A stretch of DNA of 60,985 bases, filler included, from Nemertoderma westbladi (taxonomy: Eukaryota; Animalia; Xenacoelomorpha): assembly GCA_032718475.1 (NCBI GenBank). It is 2 parts of 2 records of this genome, joined end to end, with 100 filler letters (N's around TTAATTAATTAA, not from the genome) between each part and the next. Parts side by side here need not be neighbours in the genome. Positions count along the whole stretch, not along the records: positions 1 to 29,542 come from JAUCBJ010001916.1; 1 more part is not named here. The stretch is one strand, 5' to 3'. Below, piece after piece: positions 1-10,652 of the stretch. Position numbers and translations under genes: made by a program. Positions within the stretch are counted from its first letter, which is position 1. Every line of letters starts with the position of its first letter. The notes beneath the pieces are model-generated. The model had not been told where the DNA came from and did not search any database. It saw nothing but the letters and a program-made list of their open reading frames with translations.

Positions 1-405
1 TGCGTGGACTCGCCAGGCCTCTCGCCACCGACGGAACGAGGTGAAGTCGACATCGCTATCGATTTTCTCGAGATCGCGGATATCGATAACGTGGCGTTGT
101 GGTTGACGTGTCGGTGCGGGTTGTATCGGACCGGCCCCGCCGGGATTGGTCACACCCGCGCCCGATTGGAGTGCGCCCATCAGTTGCGCGATCTGCGCAT
201 TGGCCTCGGCGCGCTCGCGTGCTGCACTGTCCTGCTGGTGTATCAGCATTTGAGTTAGTTTATCGAGGCGAGCGTCTGCGGCCGCCTCGCATTGAGTGGC
301 GTCAATGTCGCGTTTTGCCAACTCCTGACGCAAGTGGTTGAGAACGTCGATGGCGGGTTCAGTGTCGTCCGAGCCCTGTTCGGAGGGAGTTCTGTGGTCG
401 GCCAT
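1..405 (-). CDS. Gag-like N-terminus of an LTR retrotransposon (Ty3/gypsy-like), running off the window edge
   Basis: ATG at 405 opens a frame with no stop to base 1: MADHRTPSEQ...LNHLRQELAKR...DFTSFRRWREAWRVHA. It is GC-rich and lies just downstream of a primer-binding site and LTR. Confidence 0.65.
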   Translation of the reverse strand, partial: MADHRTPSEQGSDDTEPAIDVLNHLRQELAKRDIDATQCEAAADARLDKLTQMLIHQQDSAARERAEANAQIAQLMGALQSGAGVTNPGGAGPIQPAPTRQPQRHVIDIRDLEKIDSDVDFTSFRRWREAWRVHA

Positions 406-510
406 CGGTTCGCTTCTGCGTTACTGGGGGTTTGGGGTTATGCAGACAGGAGTACCGGTAGGTCCGTAGGTTTAGGAATGCGTGGTGGTTTCAGTTCACC
501 AACACAAACA

Positions 511-830
511 CAACTGCGCCATGTATGGAGGTCACGACTAACTGTGGAGCCGGAATAATGTCGGGCGTATAATATACAGGTAGTGACCACACAAGTACAA
601 ACAACAACAATGCTGTGCTGGGCCGTCTGTCTGGCAGTGCGCCCTATGACTGGAGACCTAATTGTACTGATTACTGGACTAGCTAACTGCTGTCTATTGG
701 TCGGTGGTATCCTGAGTCTGTGTCAGGGCGTAGTCTCTGAATCCTCGTGAGTCATCCCTACAGTACCGCAGTCCCTGAGTATCTGCTGGCATATGGGGCG
801 AGCCATGTGTGGCGAGTTTGTATCACTACA
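511..830 (-). mobile_element. 5' LTR (522-830) and primer-binding site (511-521) of an LTR retrotransposon
   Basis: 309 bp segment bounded by TGTA...TACA. On the minus strand it is followed directly by TGGCGCAGTTG (tRNA 3'-end complement). The flank from 831 matches the uninterrupted copy at 3771. Confidence 0.75.
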
Positions 831-2611
831 TCTACCTGACTAATATCATTCGCGACGATTTTAAGAGATATGATTAATTAATACATAATTAATATTTATT
901 TATTAATTCAAATTTTTACTTGTATTATATTATTTATTGACGCGGGGGTGGTCTAACGCATTCCACTAGATAGGCTCGTTCTTTGTCATTCCATGCTGGC
1001 TTTCTATTTCTTTTCGCCATCTTAATGTCTAAGTTAGTATGTAGTATAATGAGAGTCTCATTCGTATATTTAGGCAAGTCAATCTAGCATAAGACCCAAA
1101 ATATATTTCCTTCCTGTCATAAATTTTAGTGACAGAAAGATTTATTTTCTAATCACATTTTCTACATTTCTATGCTCGAACGCAGATCGAATACTGTAGG
1201 ACCGTAATACATACAGTAGACCTACATATAATTTGTATGAAATTATGTAAATAAATAAATCAATTTATAAACGCAAAAGTATATCTCTGTCATTGCGTTA
1301 TAAAAGTTTTAGTTTTAAGTTAAGGAGTTTAGTTTTAGCGAATTAGTTTTTGTTTACACGTTTTCCCCTTCTTTTCCTAGATTGAATGGACTACTTGTGG
1401 GCCTTTATTATTTTTTACAATTATAATACTCAAACTTGAATTCTAGAAATAGTGATAGAGCTATAGTGACGAGATGGTATTATTTATCATTTAATTACTA
1501 ATAGCGCTATTAAAGCCCTATTAGCACTAATAATCCTATTAGTAAAAAGGGCTATTAATAATGTTTCAGGCAACGCTTTTTAAAGTGGCTATTTACTAAT
1601 AGCACTATTTGTGCTAATAGCCCTTTTAATCCTAATAGCGCTTTTCCACTAATAGCGCGGCCAGCAACCCACCCCTGTATCTTTAAGATTAGGCGGCCTA
1701 TTTTCATTTCATTATATCCATTCATTTCATCCATATTTGGAGTCGGGAGTTGGAGCTCTTGCCATCAGGAAGAAACGTTAAGGAACACACAGACAGGCAG
1801 AAAGGGGCCGTCTAAGTATGACGTCTGCACTTTTCCCCAAAATGTTGACCCCCCTCCCTCACCTAAATCAGATGTCATCAGATAGGCGTTGACCCCCCCC
1901 CCCCCCCCCCCTAAATTAGATTAAAAAAATTTTCGCGTCCTAATCACTGAAACATGGTGACTGGTAACTGAAACAGAAGGTCGTGCTACGGCCTTCGGGG
2001 GCTTCGAACAATTAAAATAGGCAAGCTACTTACTCTTCTGCTACATCTCTTCTAGCACCTATAAATGAACACGCTGACGTCAGATTTTGGCTGACCCCCT
2101 CCCCTCCCCTCATCAGCACGTCATCAGATTTTCCCAACCCGCAACCCCCCTCCCCCCCCCCTAAAGTGCTGACGTCATACTTGGACGGCCCCAAACCCCT
2201 GGTGGCTGGTGCCTTAAACCTGTAAACATTTTGTAAATGTAAACTGTAAAATGTAAAATAATGTAAACTAAATAAAATAAATGTAAAATGTAAACATTTA
2301 TTGGTTTTGCTTTGCATATAACTGTATAACAGTATAAAGTCATTCATGATCAAGTGTATTTATTTGGTCACTTTTATGAAAAGCCGGAATGATGCCATCG
2401 ACAGATCGGTGGGCATCAAATCATCAATCCCCCAGCCCAACCTGATTATTGATATATTGAAAACAGTAAGACTGCAGTATTACAATAGGAATAGCAAGCA
2501 AAAAAAAACTGTCTGCCTGTTACAGTATTACATTACCATACAGCCATATAGGCCTATTAACTAACGAAATCAGCCAAAATATTTACTATAGGCAGGTAGG
2601 CCTTTCATCTG
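831..2611. repeat. Local segmental duplication, copy 1 (partner 3771-5790)
   Basis: TCTACCTGACTAATATCATTCG... through ...CCTTTCATCTG is near-identical in both copies once copy-specific insertions are removed. Confidence 0.9.
1804..2192. mobile_element. MITE, PIF/Harbinger-like
   Basis: TIRs GGGGCCGTCTAAGTATGACGTC / GACGTCATACTTGGACGGCCCC with a 3 bp AAA duplication. It is absent from the paralogous site near 5465. Confidence 0.8.
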
Positions 2612-3470
2612 CATTGCAGCTGCATTTTTAAGAATGCTGTGCCGCTTATCGATAAAATTGCACCGCCACAACTCCCTATCACCCATGACATTTGCTAGAT
2701 CATCCGCATCTTTAAGGCCAGTGTCCTTTAAGATGCGTCTCAAGAAAGTCATGGCTGTCCACCATGCTTATTCACTCCATGAGGCTGCCAAAGTACAAGA
2801 TTATGCACTGGCTGGTCCTCACGGCGAAAGCAATGTCCCGCAAAGCGGAGGCGATTTTGTTCTAGTGTCAAGCTCGGGGAACCAATGAGACACCTCCAAT
2901 GTTGTATAGTGTCTGGTTGGAGATGTGTGCATTGTACTTGACACAATGAACCCAGCGTAGCATTCTTGTGAATGTGCCTTCCAGAGATTTGGTGTCCCAG
3001 CATGGACTCCCATAGAGGAGTACTGGAACTACTGCTGCTCTAAATAATCGGACCTTAAGTTTCCGATTAATTCTCGGTGACTTCCAAATCCTGGAAAGCC
3101 TATTCAAGGCTGCCCATGCCTTTCCCTTACGTATTCGAAGGTCCTCACCTGACTTCCGGATCCATGATCCCAGGTACAGAAGTCATCCACATGCTCAAGC
3201 ATACCATCTTTTGAGCTTATGCTCATCCGATCAGAGACTTGCTGAGGACTTTCAAAGTTAACTGTCAAAATTTTGGTCTTTCTGGAGTTAATAAAAAGAC
3301 CAACACTAGAAGCAGCATGTTCTAATGAGCTGAGGAGCGGTTGGGCTCCCTCTAGTGATTCTGAGAGTACTCCTAAGTCATCAGTAAAGTCTAGATCAGT
3401 TAGGTACTTGGCAGGATTTCCTCGACTTCTGCAGCCAGTAGGTGGAGTTATCATCACCCCATCATCATTA
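2611..3470 (-). mobile_element. Degenerate 3' part of an RTE-clade LINE
   Basis: Frameshifted RT fragments: LTDLDFTDDL, GKAWAALNRLSRIWKS, RLRFAGHCFR, LVLWQP. Same family as 42154 and 49532. Confidence 0.85.
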
Positions 3471-3770
3471 TGATGATCTAAGGACATGCGTAGAACATGA
3501 TATGATTAATAATGTTGCTATGGGAACTAATCTTCTAGAAATCTCATTCAGAATAATTAACAAGAGCTGTGGCAATAGGTGCAAGGTCGCAGATTACCTC
3601 AAAATAAACATTGTATGCCGGTTGCTATGGAAACTTAGGTTAAGTGCTTTATAAAAAGTTCCCCAAAGGTGCCGAAGTGGCACCCGACGGATTTTGATTA
3701 CTCTAAGGTCCGACTAAAGTTTAAGCAAATAAAAATGCGTGATGACCCAAAGTCTCGGTGGACCCCTCTA

Positions 3771-5790
3771 TCTACCTGACTAATATCATTCGCGACGATT
3801 TTAAGAGATTATGTAATACATTATTAATACATGATTAATATTTATTTATTAATTCAACTTTTTACTTTTATTATATTATTTATTGACGCGGGGGTGGTCT
3901 AACGCATTCCACTAGATAGGCTCGTTCTTTGTCATTCCATGCTGGCTTTCTATTTCTTTTCGCCATCTTAATGTCTAAGTTAGTATGTAGTATAATGAGA
4001 GTCTCATTCGTATATTTAGGCAAGTCAATCTAGCATAAGACCCAAAATATATTTCCTTCCTATCATAAATTTTAGTGACAGAAAAATTTATTTTCTAATC
4101 ACATTTTCTACATTTCTCTGCTCGAACGCAGATCGAATAATGTAGGACCGTAATACATACAACAGTAGGCCTACATATAATTTGTATGAAATTATGTAAA
4201 TAAATAAATAAATTTATAAACGCAAAAGTATATCTCTGTCATTGCGTTATAGAAGTTTTAGTTTTAAGTTAAGGAGTTTAGTTTTAGCGAATTAGTTTTT
4301 GTTTACACGTTTTCCCCTTCTTTTCCTAGATTGAATGGACTACTTGTGGGCCTTTATTATTTTTTACAATTATAATACTCAAACTTGAATTCTATAAATA
4401 GTACGGTGGCTGAATTGTGCCACTTAATACTTTTTTTTATTTTTTTTTTGAAGCGACTTTTTGGTCGACCAAAAAGTACTTTTTGGTCGACCAATAAGTC
4501 GACTTTTTGGTCGACCAAAAAGTCTGGAAGTATTATCCAATAGAAAACATACAACTATTTTCGAGGCAAAATCAAATTACATTAAGTGAATTAGGTGGTT
4601 ATTTAAAACCGTAACACTATCATGATGAAGGATTAATATCCTAGGTACCGGTAGGCCTAGCGATCAATGTGTTTAACAAAGCTTTATGTACACCGGTACA
4701 GTAATTTGATTTTACCTCCAAAATAGTTATATATATGTTTTCTATTGGATAATACTTAAGTACTTTTTGGTCGACCATTAAGTATTTTTTGGTCGACCAA
4801 AAAGTACTTTTTGGTCGACCAATAAGTCGACTTTTTGGTCGACCAATAAGCAGATAAGTCGACTTTTTGGTTGAGCAATAAGTACTTTTTGGTCGACCAA
4901 AAAGTAGTTTTTGGTCGACCAATAAGTCGACTTTTTAGTCGACCAAAAAGAACTTTTTGGTCGACCAATAAATGACTTATTGGTCGACCAAAAAGTACTT
5001 CTTGGTCGACCAAAAAGTACTTATTGGTCGACCAAAAAGTACTTTTTGGTCGACCAAAAAGTCCCTTAAAAAAATAAATAAAAAAAAGTATTAAGTGGCA
5101 CAATTCAGCCACCGTAAAATAGTGATAGAGCTATAGTGATGAGATGGTATTATTTATCATTTAATTACTAATAGCGCTATTAAAGCCCTATTAGCACTAA
5201 TAATCCTATTAGTAAAAAGGACTATTAATATAATAATGTTTCAGGCAACGCTTTTTAAAATCGCTATTTACTAATAGCACTATTCACTATTAGTGCTAAT
5301 AGCCCTTTTAATCCTAATAGCGCGTCCAGCAACCCACCCCTGTCTGCCTGTACCTTTAAGATTAGGCGGCCTATTATCATTTCATTACATTATCTTTATA
5401 ACTTGGAGTCGGGAGTTGGAGCTCTTGCCATCAGGAAGAAACGTTAAGGAACACACAGACAGAAAGAAACCCCTGGTGCCTTAAACATAGAAAATCGTAT
5501 TGGTTTTGCTTTGCATATAACTGTATAACAGTATAAAGTCATTCATGATCAAGTGTATTTATTTGGTCACTTTTATGAAAAGCCGGAATGATGCCATCGA
5601 CAGATCGATGGGCATCAAATCATCAATCCCCCAGCCCAACCTGATTATTGATATATTGAAAACAGTATTACAATAGGAATAGCAGAATAGGCCTATCTGC
5701 CTATTACATTATTACATTACCATATATATTAGGCCTAACTAACGAAATCAGCCAAAATATTTACTATAGGCAGGAAGGCCCTTTCATCTG
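3771..5790. repeat. Local segmental duplication, copy 2, immediately upstream of the CLIP1-like gene
   Basis: Near-identical to 831-2611. Confidence 0.9.
4402..5116. mobile_element. Non-autonomous TIR/foldback element with internal palindromic subrepeats
   Basis: TIR TACGGTGGCTGAATTGTGCCACTTAATAC at both ends and a 6 bp duplication AAATAG (4396-4401, 5117-5122). The empty site is visible near 1447. Inside are arrays of TTTTGGTCGACCAAAAAGTAC. Confidence 0.85.
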
Positions 5791-5969
5791 TTCATTACTA
5801 CTGCATTAGCGATTGTATATATAAATTTATTTAGTAATTTATTTAGCAATTTATTACATTCAGATATTGGGAGTATTTATTAAGTGGATTAGTTTACTTA
5901 TTAATCCTGTAATCCAGTAATCAGCCACTACCGGCTGACCGGTAGGCTACACGATTACAGAGTTGCAGG

Positions 5970-8900
5970 ATGTCCGGCATACCGCGACGGCCCGGCATCC
6001 TAAAACCCCCCAGTCGGTTACCCCGACGGGGTTCAGCGCAGTCGCGTGGCGACGACCCCACCCCGCGATCTGACACGGCCAGCGTCGGATACTCCGAGAG
6101 CGATGTGCGCAGTCAGGGAACCGCCGGCCCCTTGGAGGATGTCCCGTCGTTTAAAATCGGCGACCGCGTGCTCGTGAGTGGAAGTAAACCGGGCGAGATC
6201 GTCTATCTCGGGGAGACTCTGTTCGCCGCGGGCGAATGGGCCGGGATCGTGTTGGACAAACCGGAGGGAAAGAACAACGGAAGCGTGGCGTCCACTGCTT
6301 ACTTCCATTGTCAACCTCTACATGGCATTTTCTGTAAACTCAACAAACTCATTAAAGACAACCGCGAAGCATCCTCTCGACTACACGATCTCCCCATAGG
6401 TAAACCAAATCAACAAAAACCAATCCTAGATAGCGGGTACTCGACGCCAGAGTTTAAAGTCGGCGATTTGGTTACCGTTTCCGGCAGTAAAGCTGGGATT
6501 GTTCGCTACACCGGGGAAACAAAGTTCGCTAAGGGTTACTGGGTGGGGGTTGAGTTGGACGATCCGTTGGGGAAGAACGACGGACAGGTTGGGGGTGTAC
6601 GGTACTTCCAATGCGAAGAGAAACACGGGTTGTTCGCTCCGGTGTCGAAACTCACAAAGACGGTTCTCAGCCGACCCAGCAGTCGGTTGTCTGTCGCGTC
6701 TGTTAGTAGCATCCCGGTAGCGGCGGTAGGGACCGTTAAAGGGCGCAAATCGAGCACCCCAGCGGCAGGGCAGGGGGGCACTGGGTTGGGGGGCACTGGG
6801 TTGGGTGGCACTGGCGGCAGTGGGTTTGGGAGCAGTCGGCGACTGGCTGGGAGTAGGGAGTCGTTAGCCTCGGTTAGCAGTGTTGGTAGCGGGATGGGTG
6901 GGAGCCGCAGACGCCGTGTCTCTGCCGACCTCCTAGGGGACCGGAGCCCTGGGACACGCAGCCCTGGGCCCCAACCGCGTCGGCTGATGTCCCTCTCGAC
7001 GCCGCCGCCTACCGAGCCAGTCGAAGCGGAGCTCGACAGACTGCGAACCCTCGTGGAGAACGCTGACAACGATAAGATGAAGTTGGTGTCCCTGTTGGAG
7101 GAGGAGAAACAGAAAGTGGAAGATCTGCAGTTCCGTTTGGAGGAGGAAAACATATTGAGAGGAGACCTCTCGGCCGAGGTGACTAAAGGGCAGAGCGAAG
7201 AGAGGGACAGAGAGGGTGAGATGGCGAGGTTACAGGACCACGTGGCCGACCTAGAGAGGAGACTGGAAGCGGCTGATCTAGCGAGGAAAGTAGCCGAGGC
7301 GGGAGGGAGGCAAGGAGGGGACCAGGAGAAACTGGTAGACAGTATGAAGGGAGATATTAGCGAACTAAATAGCGAGATTCTAAGGTTAAAGTCGAACAGA
7401 GAATCTCAAGATCAGTTGGTTTCTAATAAGGATGAGGCGGTTCGTTCATTGCAAGGGGAGTTGGGGAGTATGGGGGTGAAGGTGGGAGAGTTAGAAGGGG
7501 AGCTTAGGGAGGCTAGGGAGAAGCAGGATATGGTAGGTAGGGAGAGAGATGAGCTAGTGAGCTGTATGGATGGGTTGGAGCGGAGAAATGGGGAGCTCAA
7601 CAAACACAGTCGGAAACAGAGTTTGGTAATCAAGGAGAAAGAATCGCGTCTAGTGGAGGTTGAGACATCGTTGAGTCAGGCCAACCAGTCGGTTACCCAG
7701 ATGGTGGCCAGTCTTGGAGAAATAAAGGCAGATGCGAAGAAGGAAAGGGACCATATAATAGCCGAGTACGAGATTAAGCTGATGGAACAGGGTAATAAGG
7801 ACACGGAAGCGGGTGATAAAGATGCAGAGGCGGGGAATAAAGTTACAGAGGGGCATCATAAAGCTTTGGAGATGAAACACAAAAAATTGGAAACAGAACA
7901 CAAAACGTTGGAAACTGAACACACAAAGTTGGAAACGGGATACCATAAATTGGAAACAGAACACCAGAAATTGGAAAGAGAACACCAAAAATTGGAAACA
8001 GAACACCAAAAATTGGAAACAGATCACAAAAAAATGGAAACAGAATACAAAAAATTGGAAACAGAACACCAAAAATTGGAAACAGAACACCAAAAATTGG
8101 AAACAGATCACAAAAAATTGGAAACAGAATACAAAAAATTGGAAACAGAACACCAAAAATTGGAAACAGAACACCAAAAATTGGAAACAGAACACCAAAA
8201 ATTGGAAACAGATCACAAAAAATTGGAAACAGAATACAAAAAATTGGAAACAGAACACCAAAAATTGGAAACAGACCACAAAAAATTGGAAACAGAACAC
8301 CAAAAATTGGAAACAGAACACCAAAAATTGGAAACAGAACACCAAAAATTGGAAACACAACACAAAACGTTGGAAACAGACCACAAAAAATTGGAAACAG
8401 AACACAAAAAATTGGAAACAGAACACAAAACGTTGGAAACGGGATACCATAAATTAGAAATGGAACACAAAAATATTGAAACGGAATATAAAACGCGGGA
8501 AACTCAAAACAAAACTTTAAAAACAGACAATAAAAAGTTGGAAAATGACCAAAAAATGGTTGAAGCAGAACACAAAAAGTTGGAAGTGGAAAGCGACGAT
8601 CGGATACAGAGGCTGAACAAAGAGAATCTTGAACTCCGAGCTTCTATTGAGTGTCTAACGGCACAAGTACAAACGCTGACCCGATCTCTAAACGGAGCTC
8701 TGAGTAGACAACAACAAAACCAGGACGACAAACAGTTGGAACTCCGGATTGGTGAACTAACCAATGAAAATAATATGTTAATTAAAAAACGAGAGGAAAG
8801 TATGAAAATTAATGACGAGAAAGACTTGCAGATATCCAACTTCAACTCGATAGTAAATGAGTTAAATACGAAAAATCAGGAGTTGACAGAGTTTAAGGTA

Positions 8901-9881
8901 GAAGCCGTGGAGGTTGGTAAGGTGAGTGAGGAGGTTAAACGTACGAACAAGGAACTCATGGAAGCACAGAGACAGACAGATGTGTCAGTGAAGGATTTGG
9001 AACTACAAAGGGATTCTTTACTGAAGGAGTTGGCCAATGTCGAAGCCGATAAGGTTGACATCAAGTTGAATCGGGATCAGTTAGTGGCCCAAGTCGAGGT
9101 GTTCAAAGGGAAGTTGGAGATGCAGAAAGAAACGTTTGGTAAGGAGATGCGAGAAAACGAGGGAAAGTTAGATGAGTATCTGAAGAGGATGGAATCGTTG
9201 GAGAAATCCAGGGATGAAAGTTCCGAGAATCTCAGGGAGAAAAACTACGAAATGTCAAATAAAATAAAAGAATTTAATGTTCAGCGGGAACTTTGGTTAA
9301 AAAAAGACGATTTGCTAAAGTCCAATAAAAATGAACTCGATTTGGCGAAGAAAACTCTGGGTGAGTTTCGAGATAAGTTTATGGAAATTGAAAACTCGAA
9401 ATTGCAACTGAAATCGCAGAAACAGAAAGCCGAACAAAGCGTAAAAAAACTTAAGAATGAAGCCGAGGAAAGTAAGAAAAAGTTTGATAAAGAAATTGAG
9501 ACTTATAAGGCAGATATTAGCGTTTTAACTGCGCGGATTAATGATAAAGAAACCATTTCTGTTGATCCGAGCGTTCAGTTTCTCAACTCTGTAATTATTG
9601 AACTACAAGAGAAGAATAAACGATTGGAGTCGGAGTTACATTCAGCCCGGGATGATTCCTACATGTCGCCTCCGTCCAAGGGGGTCACCACGGCGCCTCG
9701 CATGTTCTGCGACATTTGCGACAGATTCGACTTACACGAGACCGAGGATTGTCCGACACAGGGGTCCGACAGTGAGGCCGACCACTCGCGTCACGGCAGT
9801 CTGCCCCAACGGCCCTACTGCGGGATCTGCGAGATGTTCGGTCATGCAACCGAAGACTGCGACGACGAACAGACGTACTGA
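5970..9881 (+). CDS. CLIP1: CAP-Gly domain-containing linker protein (CLIP-170/CLIP-190 homologue), single exon, 1303 aa
   Basis: Two CAP-Gly domains (GKNNGSV, GKNDGQV), Ser-rich linkers, a long coiled coil, two C-terminal zinc knuckles (CDICDRFDLHETEDC, CGICEMFGHATEDC) and an acidic-aromatic tail DDEQTY. Confidence 0.95.
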   Translation: MSGIPRRPGILKPPSRLPRRGSAQSRGDDPTPRSDTASVGYSESDVRSQGTAGPLEDVPSFKIGDRVLVSGSKPGEIVYLGETLFAAGEWAGIVLDKPEGKNNGSVASTAYFHCQPLHGIFCKLNKLIKDNREASSRLHDLPIGKPNQQKPILDSGYSTPEFKVGDLVTVSGSKAGIVRYTGETKFAKGYWVGVELDDPLGKNDGQVGGVRYFQCEEKHGLFAPVSKLTKTVLSRPSSRLSVASVSSIPVAAVGTVKGRKSSTPAAGQGGTGLGGTGLGGTGGSGFGSSRRLAGSRESLASVSSVGSGMGGSRRRRVSADLLGDRSPGTRSPGPQPRRLMSLSTPPPTEPVEAELDRLRTLVENADNDKMKLVSLLEEEKQKVEDLQFRLEEENILRGDLSAEVTKGQSEERDREGEMARLQDHVADLERRLEAADLARKVAEAGGRQGGDQEKLVDSMKGDISELNSEILRLKSNRESQDQLVSNKDEAVRSLQGELGSMGVKVGELEGELREAREKQDMVGRERDELVSCMDGLERRNGELNKHSRKQSLVIKEKESRLVEVETSLSQANQSVTQMVASLGEIKADAKKERDHIIAEYEIKLMEQGNKDTEAGDKDAEAGNKVTEGHHKALEMKHKKLETEHKTLETEHTKLETGYHKLETEHQKLEREHQKLETEHQKLETDHKKMETEYKKLETEHQKLETEHQKLETDHKKLETEYKKLETEHQKLETEHQKLETEHQKLETDHKKLETEYKKLETEHQKLETDHKKLETEHQKLETEHQKLETEHQKLETQHKTLETDHKKLETEHKKLETEHKTLETGYHKLEMEHKNIETEYKTRETQNKTLKTDNKKLENDQKMVEAEHKKLEVESDDRIQRLNKENLELRASIECLTAQVQTLTRSLNGALSRQQQNQDDKQLELRIGELTNENNMLIKKREESMKINDEKDLQISNFNSIVNELNTKNQELTEFKVEAVEVGKVSEEVKRTNKELMEAQRQTDVSVKDLELQRDSLLKELANVEADKVDIKLNRDQLVAQVEVFKGKLEMQKETFGKEMRENEGKLDEYLKRMESLEKSRDESSENLREKNYEMSNKIKEFNVQRELWLKKDDLLKSNKNELDLAKKTLGEFRDKFMEIENSKLQLKSQKQKAEQSVKKLKNEAEESKKKFDKEIETYKADISVLTARINDKETISVDPSVQFLNSVIIELQEKNKRLESELHSARDDSYMSPPSKGVTTAPRMFCDICDRFDLHETEDCPTQGSDSEADHSRHGSLPQRPYCGICEMFGHATEDCDDEQTY
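7866..8590 (+). repeat. Coding 21 bp minisatellite (LETEHQK heptad), about 30 copies
   Basis: TTGGAAACAGAACACCAAAAA repeated in frame within the CLIP1-like ORF. Confidence 0.95.
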
Positions 9882-10241
9882 TTCCAGGTAAACCGATATT
9901 CCGGACTCCGGTTAACCAAAATCTCAAACAACAACTTGCAAATAATTATTTACGTTATTATGATTTATTTATTTTGTTTACACGATATTGCTTGTAAACA
10001 TGTTTACCAAATGGATTTATGAATTTTTTTTGGTTACTTTGCTTGTTAATCGCTTCGATGCAGTATGTTTTTAATGTAATTATAGTTGAAGTTTAGTGTC
10101 ATACGTTATAATTTACATTAATATAATTTACATTTTGTTGAAATCTATTTTAAATGGTGCCATTAAGTTCCAGCTTACGTTTACACAGTAGATAACACTC
10201 ACCCAATATTCTATTATGCAGACAGGGTCGCCATCGTGTTA

Positions 10242-10652
10242 GGTGTCATCCATAAATGACGTCACCCGGTTACCCTGACAATATCGTTTATGAAGTAAAA
10301 ATAATATTTTTTTTAAATATAAAATTATTTTATCTATTTAATATATTTCTGATGTTCCCGCTGGTTTATAAACATAAAGACAAGAGGATCAGGTTGAACA
10401 TACAAGGTTGTCTGGCAACTAAATAAGCTGACATATTTATCATTAGACTTTGTAATGTGCGAGTAATATCTCAACAAAATATTATAAAATATATTTAATA
10501 GATATATAATAGTTCCAGCTATTAATGTCAGTAACGGGTTCGTGGGAGAAAATCAAATGCAGATAATAAATATGAAAAATATTGACAAATAAATTACGGG
10601 CTAGATTAAAAAAAGCTCCCAAAGAATGTGACGTCATTTACGGAAGACCGCT
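10242..10652. mobile_element. Degenerate Harbinger-like MITE
   Basis: Imperfect TIRs GTCATCCATAAATGACGTCAC / GTGACGTCATTTACGGAAGAC, similar to the 1804 element. Confidence 0.5.

Noticed and set aside
4-558. Plus-strand ORFs at the window start
   Set aside because: They are antisense shadows of the GC-rich gag-like frame on the minus strand.
4357-5112. ORFs with VDQK/GRPKS repeats
   Set aside because: Translations of the palindromic subrepeats of a non-autonomous TIR element.
6033-9927. Overlapping ORFs, including the Phe/Cys-rich 7650-8450
   Set aside because: Antisense or off-frame shadows of the CLIP1-like ORF and its 21 bp repeat.
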